DNA of 64,000 nucleotides from assembly GCA_963676615.1 (NCBI GenBank), contig OY781092.1, forward strand, positions 1 to 64,000, read 5' to 3'. The DNA is from Candidatus Cloacimonadota bacterium. Lineage in GTDB: Bacteria; Cloacimonadota; Cloacimonadia; G963667145. The notes under the pieces are model-generated. The model saw only the letters and a program-made list of their open reading frames with translations, did not search any database and was not told the DNA's origin. Numbering within the stretch: the first letter of the stretch is position 1; the number at the start of each line of letters is the position of its first letter. Position numbers and translations under genes: made by a program. Positions 38,512-48,913 of the stretch are shown in pieces.

Positions 38512-39731
38512 TGAACAAAATATTAAATTTCAGGAAATTTGATCAGCCGCTTTTGGTGCTCTATCTTTTGCTGCTAGCCATCGGCTGGCTGGCTATCTAC
38601 AGCGCCACCTATGGCGTGCTGACTCAGCAGCAGGAAGTTTTGGACAGATTTTACATCAAGCAAATCTATTGGATGGTGTTTTCGTGCCTTGCGGTTTTTG
38701 CGATTCTAAAAACACCGATGCACTATCTGGAGATGCTCCCCAAGACCATATTCATCTTTTCGCTGGCGATGTTGGTGCTGGTCTTTTTTTTCCCCGCAGT
38801 AAAAGGTGCGCATCGCTGGATAAAACTCCCCGGCATTCAATTTCAGCCATCCGAGCTGATGAAAATTGGCTTTGTGCTGTTTGGTAGCCAGATAATCGTC
38901 GAGGCGAAAACCAATTGGGAAATCGTCTGGAAATTCGGCGGAACTCTGCTGCTGACCACGGGACTCATCGTCGCCGAGCCAAACCTCAGCGGAACGCTCG
39001 CTTACTTCTTCATCTTTTTCGTGATGCTCTGCTTCTCCCGCATTCCATTCTACTACCTAGTCAGCGTGCTGGCGCCGATTTTCAGCGTCGTTTTCGTCAC
39101 CAACTTTTGGCTCTTCCTGATTTACTTTGCGATAGTCGCCTACTACCTCGCCGTTTTTTCCGACTACTCGGTCGTCAAAAAATCTATCTCGATACTGATG
39201 ATTCTCTTCATCTATTTCAACATTCCCGTGGCGTGGAACCTGCTCAAAGATTATCAAAAAAACAGAATTTTGGTCTTCGTCGATCCGAGTCTCGACCCGC
39301 TTGGCGCAGGCTATCAGATTATCCAGTCCAAAATCGCCGTCGGCTCTGGCGAACTTTTTGGGAAAGGCTATTTGCAAGGCACGCAAAAAAATCTCAAATT
39401 CTTGCCAGAAAGCCACAACGACTTCATTTTTTCCACGATTTGCGAAGAAGTCGGATTTTTGGGAGCGTTTTTTTTGCTACTCATCTATTTTTTGTTTTTT
39501 TGGCGGATTATTTACTTGACGAGTAATCAAAAAGATAAGAATAGATTCTTGGTGAGCGTCGGTTTTTTGGCATTTTTGTTTTACCAATTTATGATAAACA
39601 CGGGCATGACCCTTGGTTTGCTTCCGTCCACGGGAGTGTCGTTGCCGTTTTTGAGCTACGGCGGCTCAAACCTTGTGATAGCTTCGATGGCGGTTGCTTA
39701 TTTAATGAAAAAATCTGAATATAGTAGTTGA
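38511..39731 (+). CDS. rodA: Rod shape-determining protein RodA
   Basis: QPSE, GAGYQIIQS, FLPESHNDFIF, LPFLSYGGS. Confidence 0.93.
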   Translation: MNKILNFRKFDQPLLVLYLLLLAIGWLAIYSATYGVLTQQQEVLDRFYIKQIYWMVFSCLAVFAILKTPMHYLEMLPKTIFIFSLAMLVLVFFFPAVKGAHRWIKLPGIQFQPSELMKIGFVLFGSQIIVEAKTNWEIVWKFGGTLLLTTGLIVAEPNLSGTLAYFFIFFVMLCFSRIPFYYLVSVLAPIFSVVFVTNFWLFLIYFAIVAYYLAVFSDYSVVKKSISILMILFIYFNIPVAWNLLKDYQKNRILVFVDPSLDPLGAGYQIIQSKIAVGSGELFGKGYLQGTQKNLKFLPESHNDFIFSTICEEVGFLGAFFLLLIYFLFFWRIIYLTSNQKDKNRFLVSVGFLAFLFYQFMINTGMTLGLLPSTGVSLPFLSYGGSNLVIASMAVAYLMKKSEYSS

Positions 39732-39748
39732 TAAGGAGATGAAAAAAT

Positions 39749-40006
39749 ATGAGTTTTATTTATAAAAAAGAGGATTTCTGCATCCCAGTGACCAAAGCTT
39801 GCAGCAGGTCAGAAGTTGAATTTATCGTCAAAGATTTCATCGGGAAAAAGATAACTTTTTGCCTTGGCGGAGACGAAGAAGAGACCGAGATTTGGCGTCA
39901 AGCTGGCGATCGCGATCTCGACTGCATCAAGAAAAAAGGCTCGCCAGAAAATCCAGTGGCTGTGTATGTGGAAGGTGTAAAACAAGAAGATTACACGATT
40001 GGTTAA
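39749..40006 (+). CDS. Hypothetical protein
   Basis: 85-aa ORF with an AAGGAG RBS, in the operon. Confidence 0.65.
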   Translation: MSFIYKKEDFCIPVTKACSRSEVEFIVKDFIGKKITFCLGGDEEETEIWRQAGDRDLDCIKKKGSPENPVAVYVEGVKQEDYTIG

Positions 40007-40012
40007 TTTTAG

Positions 40013-40579
40013 GTGAAAAAGTTTGTTGTAAGCTTTTTTCTGTCCGCAATTTGTTTATCTCTCTGGGCTCACCCGCATATTTGGGTTGAGTCCAGTTTGG
40101 CTTTGGTTGTAAAAGAAAATTTGCAGGCAGAATTGCAAGTCGGTTGGAGTTTCGACCCAATGTTTACCAGCATTATTTGCGAAGATTACGACCTAGACAA
40201 AAACGGCAAACTCAGCAAAAGCGAGGCGAAAAAAATCGAAAAAGAGGCGTTTAGCAATCTCAAAAATTTCGATTTTTACACCTACATTTTCGTCGATGGC
40301 GTGCGTCTGCCCACAAAATATCAAAACTTTTCGGTCAGGCTCTCGGAAGAAAAAGCCGTTTACTGCTTCACAGTGCCGTTCAAACTCCCCAAATCGAAAA
40401 AATTTACGATCCAGTTTGCTTGCTACGACCCAACGATTTTCACCGACTTGCTCTTGGTGGACGACCCGCTGGTGATACTTCCTGCGGGCTACTCCTACAC
40501 GATGAGTTATCTGGAGCTTCAGGTTTTGGGCGAGGTCGAATTTCCGCAAATCGTGAATCTGGAGGTGGAAAAAAAATGA
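40013..40579 (+). CDS. DUF1007-like exported protein
   Basis: Signal peptide then AHPHIW, WSFDPMF, YDPT; adjacent to a Ni/Co transporter. Confidence 0.8.
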   Translation: MKKFVVSFFLSAICLSLWAHPHIWVESSLALVVKENLQAELQVGWSFDPMFTSIICEDYDLDKNGKLSKSEAKKIEKEAFSNLKNFDFYTYIFVDGVRLPTKYQNFSVRLSEEKAVYCFTVPFKLPKSKKFTIQFACYDPTIFTDLLLVDDPLVILPAGYSYTMSYLELQVLGEVEFPQIVNLEVEKK

Positions 40580-41427
40580 GGCGTTGGCTACTGCTATTTG
40601 CGTTGGTTTCGCTCATCGGAACAGCTTTTGCTGCAAATCCGTTTTTCACGGGCAAAAAAAATGAGTCGGCTGCCAAAGTGGAATCTTTCACCAAAAGCAA
40701 GCCGTTTTCGCTTCTTTTGCGTGTGCAGCGAGATCTGAACTCAAAAATCGTTAGCGCCAGCAAAGAGGTGCGACAAAATTGGTGGAAACTTTTTCCGCTG
40801 GTAGCGCTGGTTTTCGCCTACGGAATTTTGCACGCGCTTGGTCCAGGGCACGGCAAAGTTTTTTCGGCGCTCTACTTTATGTCCGAAAAAGTCTCGCTCT
40901 CGCGTGGAATTTTTCTCAGCCTCCTCATTGGGTTTTTGCACGGGCTGATGGGCGTGCTGCTGGTGGTGATTTTGAAATACCTTTTGCAGATTTACAGCTA
41001 CCTTTTGCAACAAAATCTTGCTCAAGTCATCCAGCGAACCTCCTACTTTTTGATAAGTCTGCTGGGGCTGTATTTCGTGGGCAAAAAAATATTTGCAAAA
41101 AAAAATCGCTCGGCAGAATCTGGCAAAAAAAGCGCTATCGCCCTAGCTCTTTCGGTCTCCATCGTGCCTTGTCCAGGCGTGGTGATGATTATGCTCTTCT
41201 GCATCTCGGCAGGAGCTTTGCCGCTGGGGCTAATCCTGAGCGCTTTTATGAGCGTCGGAATGGGCTTAACGATTGCCGTTATCGGCTTGGCGACCCTTTT
41301 CCTAAAAAATTTCTCGCTTGGTTGGATAGAAAAAAAAGCGGTTTTTCAAATTCGCTTGATAGTCGAATATTTTTTCGCTATCTTCTTGTTTTTGTATGGA
41401 TTGTTGCTATTTGTTGGAACTTTTTAA
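40576..41427 (+). CDS. Nickel/cobalt transporter (RcnA/HoxN-like)
   Basis: YGILHALGPGHGK and VPCPG; start is the ATG overlapping the DUF1007 stop. Confidence 0.85.
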   Translation: MRRWLLLFALVSLIGTAFAANPFFTGKKNESAAKVESFTKSKPFSLLLRVQRDLNSKIVSASKEVRQNWWKLFPLVALVFAYGILHALGPGHGKVFSALYFMSEKVSLSRGIFLSLLIGFLHGLMGVLLVVILKYLLQIYSYLLQQNLAQVIQRTSYFLISLLGLYFVGKKIFAKKNRSAESGKKSAIALALSVSIVPCPGVVMIMLFCISAGALPLGLILSAFMSVGMGLTIAVIGLATLFLKNFSLGWIEKKAVFQIRLIVEYFFAIFLFLYGLLLFVGTF

Positions 41428-41458
41428 AAGAAAAAACGATTATTAAGGAGGCTGTTTG

Positions 41459-42091
41459 ATGAGAAAAATATTGCGAGACCCAATGAGCGGATTCACGCAT
41501 TTTATCGGTTTTGGACTCGCCATTTGGGCGCTGGTAATGTTGCTCCTTCGCCAAAACAACACCGCCATCAGCTACACATCTTTGTCGATATTTGGCGCGG
41601 GAATGATTCTGCTCTACCTCTTTAGCACCCTCTACCACTGGCTGCCTCTGCGCGAAAAAGGCGTGCGAATTTTCCGCAAAATCGACCACATAATGATTTT
41701 CGTCTTCATTGCGGCAACCTACACGCCGATTTGCCTTCTGACTCTGCACGGCGCTTGGGGTTGGAGCCTGTTTGGCGTTTGTTGGGGGCTAGTAGTTGCG
41801 GGAATTTTCCTCAAAATCTTTTGGCTTGCCGCTCCCAGATGGCTCTACACTGGCATTTATCTGGCAATGGGCTGGATCGTTATCGTCGCCATCCGCCCAG
41901 TTTTGCGCAATTTGCCCTCTGGCGGCTTGTATCTGCTGGTGCTCGGCGGCTTGTTTTATTCTGTCGGAGCGGTGATTTACGCCCTCAAAAAGCCAAATTT
42001 TCGCTATCTAAGTTTTCACGATATTTGGCACATTTTTGTAATGCTCGGCAGTTTTTCGCACTTTTATATGATTTATTATTTTGTGTATTAG
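41459..42091 (+). CDS. Hemolysin III/PAQR-family membrane protein
   Basis: STLYH, RKIDHIMIF..IAATYTP, HDIWHIFV. Confidence 0.9.
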   Translation: MRKILRDPMSGFTHFIGFGLAIWALVMLLLRQNNTAISYTSLSIFGAGMILLYLFSTLYHWLPLREKGVRIFRKIDHIMIFVFIAATYTPICLLTLHGAWGWSLFGVCWGLVVAGIFLKIFWLAAPRWLYTGIYLAMGWIVIVAIRPVLRNLPSGGLYLLVLGGLFYSVGAVIYALKKPNFRYLSFHDIWHIFVMLGSFSHFYMIYYFVY

Positions 42092-42157
42092 GCAAAAAAA
42101 CCGCTGATTGTCAGCAGAGAAAAAATTTAAGGTAGGCAATACCGAAGGAAGAAAAAG

Positions 42158-42685
42158 ATGAAATACAAAGTCGTGGAGATAATCAGCAAAGAGACTTTGG
42201 CGAAAAAAGTCAGGGAGCTTGGCGAGCAAATCAGCAAAGATCACAGCGGGAAAGAGCTTGTGGTTGTTGGACTTTTGCGCGGTTCGGTGATTTTTTTGGC
42301 AGACCTCGTGCGGGAGATTTCGTTGGAATCCAAAATTGATTTTTTGGTGGTCTCCAGCTATGGAAAGCAGATGGAATCGTCGCGCGATGTGAAAATCCTC
42401 AAAGATTTGGAAGAGCAAATCGAGGGCAAAAATGTGCTGCTGGTGGAAGACATCATCGACACGGGCTATACCCTGAAAAAAATTGCCAACATTTTGAAAC
42501 TCCGCAAGCCCGCTTCGCTAAAGGTCTGCACGCTTTTGGACAAGCCCGAGCGGCGCCTTGTGGATATGAGCGTCGATTATGTCGGCTTCCAAATCCCCGA
42601 TGAGTTCGTCGTCGGCTACGGCATCGACTACGCCCAAAATCATCGGAATTTGCCCTATGTGGGCAAAGTGGTGATGGAGGATTGA
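42158..42685 (+). CDS. hpt: Hypoxanthine phosphoribosyltransferase
   Basis: [30 protein letters not shown]. Confidence 0.95.
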   Translation: MKYKVVEIISKETLAKKVRELGEQISKDHSGKELVVVGLLRGSVIFLADLVREISLESKIDFLVVSSYGKQMESSRDVKILKDLEEQIEGKNVLLVEDIIDTGYTLKKIANILKLRKPASLKVCTLLDKPERRLVDMSVDYVGFQIPDEFVVGYGIDYAQNHRNLPYVGKVVMED

Positions 42686-42806
42686 GTAGAAAAATTTCAG
42701 ATTTTTCAAAAAAAAGAAAGCGGCAAAAAACCTCGCTGAAAAACAAAAAACCGATTAACAATTGACAGAACACCGAACTCTTTTTTTTTGAAGAAAAAGA
42801 AAAAAG

Positions 42807-43640
42807 GTGCAAAAAGTGAAGCAATTTGATGTTTTGCAAGAGGCTAGTGGGGCAAAGGCTCAAGGCAAAGAGTTCGTTTTGGCAACGATTGTAGAGGGCG
42901 CAAGCGGCTCTCCTGGTCGTGCTGGCTTCAAGCTGATTTACTATCCAGACGGCTCAACGCTTGGCACTTTGGGTGGTGGCGGTTTGGAGTTCGACTCACT
43001 AAAAATTTGCGCAAAAACTTTGCAAACGAGGGAAAACTCTTTGGCTGAGTTTGAGCTGACCGAAGAGCAGATGAATATGGGATGCGGGGGAAAGGTGAAA
43101 GTTTTTTTCGAATATTTTCCCGCTGTGCGCACTTTTTATCTTTTTGGTTGCGGGCATTTGTGCCAATCGCTGTCTCCAGTATTGAGCACCCTCGGATTTC
43201 GACTTGTGGCAGTGGACAATCGCAGCGAATACGCGACGCAAGAGCGGTTCCCGAATGTTGACAGGGTGATTTGCCAAGATTATTTGCAATTTTTGGATAA
43301 TTGGAGCGTGCAAGCGGACGACGCTGTGGCGGTGTTTACGCACGGGCATTCGTTCGATTATGAGATTTTGGCGAAAATTTATGAGCAGGGCTTTGCTGGG
43401 CGCTATTTTGGTTTGATTGGCTCGGCGCGGAAAGTTGCTGGATTTTTGCAAAAGTTGCAGATTAAAAAGGGCAATCCTTTTTTGAAAAAATTTTACAGTC
43501 CGATTGGGCTGAATGTTGCCAAGACGACGACGGCGGAGATAGCGGTGTCTATTGCTGCGGAAGTTTTGGCGGTTTATAATAAAGTAGATGCGGTGTCCTG
43601 TTCACGAGATAGGATGCACGGTTTTTTGGAAAACAAATAG
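42807..43640 (+). CDS. XdhC/CoxI-family molybdoenzyme maturation factor
   Basis: GSPGRAG, GTLGGG, MGCGG, FGCGH, GLIGS, SPIGL. Confidence 0.88.
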   Translation: MQKVKQFDVLQEASGAKAQGKEFVLATIVEGASGSPGRAGFKLIYYPDGSTLGTLGGGGLEFDSLKICAKTLQTRENSLAEFELTEEQMNMGCGGKVKVFFEYFPAVRTFYLFGCGHLCQSLSPVLSTLGFRLVAVDNRSEYATQERFPNVDRVICQDYLQFLDNWSVQADDAVAVFTHGHSFDYEILAKIYEQGFAGRYFGLIGSARKVAGFLQKLQIKKGNPFLKKFYSPIGLNVAKTTTAEIAVSIAAEVLAVYNKVDAVSCSRDRMHGFLENK

Positions 43641-43657
43641 TAAAGTAAGGAGATATC

Positions 43658-43855
43658 ATGGCTGGAGGAAGAAGCAAAGGCGCAAAGCTTGCCCACGAAT
43701 CTAAGGGTTCTGGCAAAGCGATTTGTCCTGTTTGTGGCACAGAGATCAAGCAAGTGAAGATGATTAGGTCAAAAGTTTCTGCGAAAGGTGGCTGGTCGCC
43801 AAACTATTCGATAGAGTCTGTTTGCAAGTGTAACGAAAAAGATCTTTTGAAGTAG
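43658..43855 (+). CDS. Small basic putative zinc-ribbon protein
   Basis: 65 aa, CPVC...CKC, TAAGGAG RBS. Confidence 0.65.
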   Translation: MAGGRSKGAKLAHESKGSGKAICPVCGTEIKQVKMIRSKVSAKGGWSPNYSIESVCKCNEKDLLK

Positions 43856-43861
43856 GGTTTG

Positions 43862-44641
43862 ATGATAAATATTGATTGGAAAAGCAGATTTGATGAGGAC
43901 ATAAAGTTCTTTCTCAAAGAGAGGTTGCCGGCGCAAGACTTTGATCTAGGGGTGATTTATCGAATTTATCCAATCAGGGACAACGGAATGGTGCCGATGG
44001 AGGTGCTGGAATATATTGGTAAGCGCGTGGCGAAAGCTGGAGATTTGCTGGTTCCTGACTTTTTCGATTTCCTTTGGACGAAATTGGGTAAAGAGGGAAA
44101 GGCTGTTTTGGTGACGGTTTTTGCCGAGTTGACCAAAAAGAAAGCAGATTTTTATCAAGAGTCGGTGTTGCCGTATTTGGAAAAGGCGCGTGGCGAAGTT
44201 TTGAGTCTGATGATTAAAAAAATCGTCGCTCCGGCTTTGCGCAAAGATGTTGGCAAGGGTATAGACACGATTGTGATGCTGGCGAAAAAAGAGCAAGAAG
44301 AGATTAACAAAAGCTTGCTCAGCGTTTTGGCTAGCGGGTTCAAGAAAACCCCAGAGCTGATTGAGCCGTGTTTTTCGCAACTGGCAACTCTCATTAGCGA
44401 AGGTGGCGAGGCAAGCGATAAGCTTTTCGTCGATTTGCTGAAAAAAATTGCCAAGATTGAGCCTGAAGTTTTTACAAAAATTTTCTGCCAGTTGAGCAAA
44501 ACCAAAGATGGACACACTGTCGAGGTGCTTAGTAGAGCAGTTTTTGTGAGAAACGACCAGATAAATGCAGAGGTCGATTCTTGGGGTGCTAGCGGTAATG
44601 TCAAAATCAAAAAGAGCTTCGAGAGAGCAAAGAAAAAATAA
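43862..44641 (+). CDS. Hypothetical helical (HEAT/ARM-like) protein
   Basis: Long ORF in the operon with amphipathic helical character; no motif recognised. Confidence 0.65.
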   Translation: MINIDWKSRFDEDIKFFLKERLPAQDFDLGVIYRIYPIRDNGMVPMEVLEYIGKRVAKAGDLLVPDFFDFLWTKLGKEGKAVLVTVFAELTKKKADFYQESVLPYLEKARGEVLSLMIKKIVAPALRKDVGKGIDTIVMLAKKEQEEINKSLLSVLASGFKKTPELIEPCFSQLATLISEGGEASDKLFVDLLKKIAKIEPEVFTKIFCQLSKTKDGHTVEVLSRAVFVRNDQINAEVDSWGASGNVKIKKSFERAKKK

Positions 44642-44667
44642 AGAGTTACTCTTTAGTTAAGAAAAAT

Positions 44668-44720
44668 AGAGCTTTACTTTGGTGTTTGCGCTTTTTGCAA
44701 AACAAAGTAGAGCTTTTTTT
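44668..44720 (+). terminator. Long hairpin plus T tract upstream of ispG
   Basis: AGAGCTTTACTTTG...CAAAGTAGAGCTTT followed by Ts. Confidence 0.5.
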
Positions 44721-44738
44721 GTGTGATTGAGGAAGAAA

Positions 44739-45797
44739 GTGCGAAGAAAAAGCAAGCAGATACGGTTGGGCGATCTTTTGATTGGCGGCGATAGCCCTGT
44801 GTCGATTCAGTCGATGTGCACGAGCGACACCAGCGATGTGAGGGCGACGGTCGCTCAGATAAAGGATTTGGAGCGAGTTGGTTGCCAGGTGGTGCGATTG
44901 GCGATTCCCGATTTTGAGGCAGGTGAAGCTTTGCAAAAAATTTTGCCCGAGGCGGAAATCCCAGTGGTGGCAGATATTCATTTCGATTATCGGCTGGCGC
45001 TGCAGGCAATCGATGCAGGCGTGCAGGGGCTGCGGATCAATCCTGGGAATATTGGCAGCAAGCAAAAGGTGCAAGAGGTGGTTTCTGCGGCAAAAAGTTG
45101 CGGCGTCCCGATTCGCATTGGCGTTAACGCTGGCTCGCTCGACAAGAAGTGGCTGCAAAAATTTGGCGTCTCGGGCAGAGCTCTTGTCGAGAGCGCTTTG
45201 GAGCATGTGGCGATTTTGGAAAGTTGTGGGTTTGAGCAGATTAAGATTTCGGTGAAAGCCTCCAGCGTGCCTTTGATGGTGCAGAGCTATCGGGAGCTTG
45301 CCCAAAAAGTTGACTATCCGCTGCATTTGGGGGTGACCGAAGCTGGCGACGATTATGCGGGGTTGATAAAGTCCAGCATCGGAATTGGCGCTCTGCTTTT
45401 GGATGGCATCGGAGACACAATACGCGTTTCGCTGACGGCGTCGCCTGTGCAGGAGGTGCTGGCTGCCAAAGAAATCCTCAAGGGGCTTGGGCTTCGTAAA
45501 GGTTTGCAAATTATCTCCTGCCCAACTTGCGGCAGGACAAAAATTGACCTAATCGGCTTGGCGCAAAAAGTAAAAAAAGCGCTGGAGCCTTATCAAGACA
45601 AAAATCTGAAAGTTGCGGTGATGGGCTGCGTGGTAAACGGACCGCAAGAGGCGAAAGAGGCGGATTTCGGTGTGGCTGGCGGCAGCAAAGAGGGACTGCT
45701 TTTTGCCAAGGGTAAGATAATTAAAAAAGTGCCCGAGGCGGAGCTTTTAGACGAGTTAATATCGCTGATACAGCAAAAGGAAGGAGAAATTGTTTAG
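44739..45797 (+). CDS. ispG: HMBPP synthase
   Basis: IQSM, ADIHF, RINPGN, RIGVNAGSL, HLGVTEAG, CPTCGR, MGCVVNGP. Confidence 0.97.
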   Translation: MRRKSKQIRLGDLLIGGDSPVSIQSMCTSDTSDVRATVAQIKDLERVGCQVVRLAIPDFEAGEALQKILPEAEIPVVADIHFDYRLALQAIDAGVQGLRINPGNIGSKQKVQEVVSAAKSCGVPIRIGVNAGSLDKKWLQKFGVSGRALVESALEHVAILESCGFEQIKISVKASSVPLMVQSYRELAQKVDYPLHLGVTEAGDDYAGLIKSSIGIGALLLDGIGDTIRVSLTASPVQEVLAAKEILKGLGLRKGLQIISCPTCGRTKIDLIGLAQKVKKALEPYQDKNLKVAVMGCVVNGPQEAKEADFGVAGGSKEGLLFAKGKIIKKVPEAELLDELISLIQQKEGEIV

Positions 45798-47709
45798 CAA
45801 AATTCGAGCCAAAAATGTGGCTGACAAAAGATTTATCCTTTTTGAAGGACGAAGGTATAATTTGGATTCAAATTCTGGAGCTGTTTTTTCTTTAATAAAA
45901 AGTAAAAGCAGTTTTGCGAACCGATATGCGGCGATAAGTAACTCTTTGAGCAAGAAAAGTTTATACTATCTTTTTCAGGGGGTGTACTCTTCTGCAGAGT
46001 TGGAATTGCGTCTTAGAGAGTTGGACAATTTTTTTCTTTATATAAAGGGGATGTTGGAGACGATTGTCGATGTTGGGCACGATGCGATTATTTATTTGGA
46101 GCGTGATGACCAACAGAAATTTATGGCTTCCGTTGCTTCTATTGGCGGAAACGACAAGCAAAAAGCTTTTTTGAACTACATTCAAGGGGTCTATTTTCTT
46201 GGCAAATACTCTTTTAATTTGGCAATTCCAAAATTTTTGGAGGCGATAAAGCTTGATCCAAAAAATTTGAAATATCGAAACGAGTTGGTTTTTTCTTATA
46301 TAAAATTGGGCGATTTTGAGAAAGCTCGGGAGGAAAGTGGGCGAAGTTTGCGGCAAGAGGTAAATAGCGGATCTTCTGAACTGGCAATTTGTTACGCTTA
46401 TTTGATGATTATTTGCGACAAAATGGGTGAGTTTGAAAAAGCGAAAATGTGCGAAAAAAAAGCAGAAAGTTTAGGAATAAATCGAGGTCGTTTTGCTTGG
46501 GACAACTTTCGTTATGCTAAAACGGCAAAACTTTTGGGAGATGCGCTGTATTGCTGGGGTAAATATGAACAGGCGAGGAACTATTACAGCAACGGGCTTA
46601 CTTTGAATTCGAGAATGTTGAAAAACAATCGCAGTTTGCTTTTAGATCTTGATCTTTTGTGTTCGTGTTGTGACGCTTGGCTCAAGACAGGAAAAATCGG
46701 TAAAGCCGCAGAGTATGCAGAAAAAGCTCACAAATATCTTGCTTCGTGGGTAAAAGGAAAATCTTTTCGAAAAGCGTGGATTTCCAATTTGAAAGGACGC
46801 ATTAAAGAGATTAGGGGTGATTTTTCTCAAGCGGCTTTTGATTATAGGGCGGCTGTAGTTGAGTTGGAGGGCAGTGCTGGAAGTTTTCACATCGTCTCTA
46901 GCGTAATTTACGCCGATTACGCTCGTTGCAATTTGAAAGGGCATTTAGAGGAGTTCGTGCACGACAATCTGGGCAAAGGAGCAAACGCCTGCAAAAGTGG
47001 AGAGATAACCAAAGACGACGATAAATTTAACTCCATTTTTGCTTTTGCTCGAATTTCGAAAAATTTAAGGAATTATGAAACGGCGATAAAATTTTATAAA
47101 AGAGCGATCAAAAAATATACAGTGGAGTTTGGCAAAGTTAGTTTCAAGGTTTTTACCGCTCAAAAATCTTTGGCGAAATGCTACTTTGCTTTGCAAAAAA
47201 AAGCAAAGACAAGAAAGTATATTTTAGCAGCCCTTTATACATACAGGTCTCTGGGTTTGCCAGCGTATCCAGAAGTAATGACCTTATACATTTTGTATGG
47301 CGATTTGTATTTTTTGGACAAAAATATAGTTTCTGCAATAAAAGCTTACGAAAAAAGTTTGTTGTTTGCCACGCAAAATTTTGGATCTGTAACCTCTTTA
47401 ACCGTAGATGTTTACAGAAGATTGTGTAAAATTTATGAACATTTGGGCGTTTATGATAAAGCTATTTCTTACTTTAATAAAGTTTTGACTTACGCCAGCA
47501 AAAATTTTCGAGAAAGCGAAGAATTTCTTATTGACGATTACGAATATTTGGGCTCTTTATGGGAAAAAAGCGGCAATATGGGTAAAGCTGAACAGTATTA
47601 TTTTAACGCTTATCAAAGCAGTATGCAAAACTTAGGTGTGTTTGATAAAAGGACAGTTCAAGCCAAAAAGCAGCTAGAGAGGGTCATCGAAAAGATGGAC
47701 AAAAGATAG
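45790..47709 (+). CDS. Tetratricopeptide repeat protein
   Basis: Repeated TPR-like helices (LGDFEKARE, GKYEQARNYY, GVYDKAISYF); visibly more AT-rich than its neighbours. Confidence 0.8.
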   Translation: MFSKIRAKNVADKRFILFEGRRYNLDSNSGAVFSLIKSKSSFANRYAAISNSLSKKSLYYLFQGVYSSAELELRLRELDNFFLYIKGMLETIVDVGHDAIIYLERDDQQKFMASVASIGGNDKQKAFLNYIQGVYFLGKYSFNLAIPKFLEAIKLDPKNLKYRNELVFSYIKLGDFEKAREESGRSLRQEVNSGSSELAICYAYLMIICDKMGEFEKAKMCEKKAESLGINRGRFAWDNFRYAKTAKLLGDALYCWGKYEQARNYYSNGLTLNSRMLKNNRSLLLDLDLLCSCCDAWLKTGKIGKAAEYAEKAHKYLASWVKGKSFRKAWISNLKGRIKEIRGDFSQAAFDYRAAVVELEGSAGSFHIVSSVIYADYARCNLKGHLEEFVHDNLGKGANACKSGEITKDDDKFNSIFAFARISKNLRNYETAIKFYKRAIKKYTVEFGKVSFKVFTAQKSLAKCYFALQKKAKTRKYILAALYTYRSLGLPAYPEVMTLYILYGDLYFLDKNIVSAIKAYEKSLLFATQNFGSVTSLTVDVYRRLCKIYEHLGVYDKAISYFNKVLTYASKNFRESEEFLIDDYEYLGSLWEKSGNMGKAEQYYFNAYQSSMQNLGVFDKRTVQAKKQLERVIEKMDKR

Positions 47710-47728
47710 CTTTGGGAGAATGTTGACG

Positions 47729-48427
47729 ATGAAAAAATTTGTGTATGGATGCTTTTGGTTGGTGCTGCTTTGCACTTCGATTTTGCCGTTTGTGCTGTTT
47801 TTTTTGCTTTTCCCGTTTCGGAAAATTCGCGATTGCGTGGCTCGCTCTTTCGCTTTTTTCTACTCTCGCTCGGCGATTTTTTTCACGGGGAGCAAGTTTG
47901 CGGTAGTTGGCAGAGAAAATCTGCCTACTGGGAACTTTTTGGCGGTGGCAAATCATCAAAATGTTTTGGATATACCCGTGGTCATTTGTGCGATTCCCGA
48001 TAAAATCGGCTTTGTTGCCAAAAAGGAGCTGTTCAAGGTGCCGATGCTGGCGATGTGGATGCGTGTTTTGGGCTGCATTCGTCTTGATCGCCTAAACGCG
48101 CGGAAGTCGGCGTCTGCGGTGCTAAAGGGTGTGAAAAAACTTGAGCGAGGCTACAATTTGTTGGTATTTCCCGAAGGCAGCCGCAGCAAAGACGGCAAAA
48201 TCAAGAAGTTCAAGCCCGGCAGCGTGAAGATGGCGATGCTTGCGGATGTGCCGATTGTGCCAATCACCTGCATCGGCACGGCGACTCCTTTTGCACACGA
48301 AAATATCATCAAGGCGATAATTCATCCGCCGATTTCTTGTCTTGGGAAAAGCAGTAAAGAGGTCGCCAGCGTTGCTCAAAAAGCGGTCGAGAGCAAATTT
48401 TCTTTTGTCAAACAGATAGCAAAATAG
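47729..48427 (+). CDS. plsC: 1-acyl-sn-glycerol-3-phosphate acyltransferase
   Basis: NHQNVLD, AKKEL, FPEGSRS, PIVP. Confidence 0.9.
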   Translation: MKKFVYGCFWLVLLCTSILPFVLFFLLFPFRKIRDCVARSFAFFYSRSAIFFTGSKFAVVGRENLPTGNFLAVANHQNVLDIPVVICAIPDKIGFVAKKELFKVPMLAMWMRVLGCIRLDRLNARKSASAVLKGVKKLERGYNLLVFPEGSRSKDGKIKKFKPGSVKMAMLADVPIVPITCIGTATPFAHENIIKAIIHPPISCLGKSSKEVASVAQKAVESKFSFVKQIAK

Positions 48428-48511
48428 GCAAAATTTGTCGATGAACAAATCTTTTTCCAAAAATGTAAAAATAGCTTGCTTTGATGAGCTTCCACAATTT
48501 TCTGACTCTAA

Positions 48512-48913
48512 ATGGTAAAATTTCTCAAAATTAAAAAAAATAGGTGTTTTTTGCTTTGTTTAGCGGCGGCTTGCTCTTTTTTTGCGTGCCAATCTTCGTC
48601 CGCTGGAGCGCAGGCGATCGAGCTGGAGATTGTCAACGGTTGCGGGCAAGTGGATGCGGCGATTCAGTTCAAAGAGGTGGTCTCGAGCGGCAAACTTTCT
48701 GTCAAGTCGATAAAAAACGCTCCTAACTTTAACTATAACAAGACGATAATCGTCAGCAGAACCGAGAATATGGTGGATATAAATATTGTGAAATCTTTGC
48801 TCAAGATAGACGATGTGGAGGTAATTTCCGACACAAACAGCAATGTGAAGTTCACGGTTTATCTGGGTAACGATTTCAAAAAAGTGATAAAAAGGATTAA
48901 GGATGATCGATAA
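48512..48913 (+). CDS. LytR C-terminal domain (lipo)protein
   Basis: EIVNGCG, NAPNFNY..T, VYLGND; sits upstream of rsfS. Confidence 0.75.
   Translation: MVKFLKIKKNRCFLLCLAAACSFFACQSSSAGAQAIELEIVNGCGQVDAAIQFKEVVSSGKLSVKSIKNAPNFNYNKTIIVSRTENMVDINIVKSLLKIDDVEVISDTNSNVKFTVYLGNDFKKVIKRIKDDR

Noticed and set aside
26496..42770. TTGACA hexamers upstream of rpsT, the 26595 ORF, alaS and xdhC
   Set aside because: Plausible -35 elements, but none has a convincing -10 at canonical spacing, so promoters were not called.
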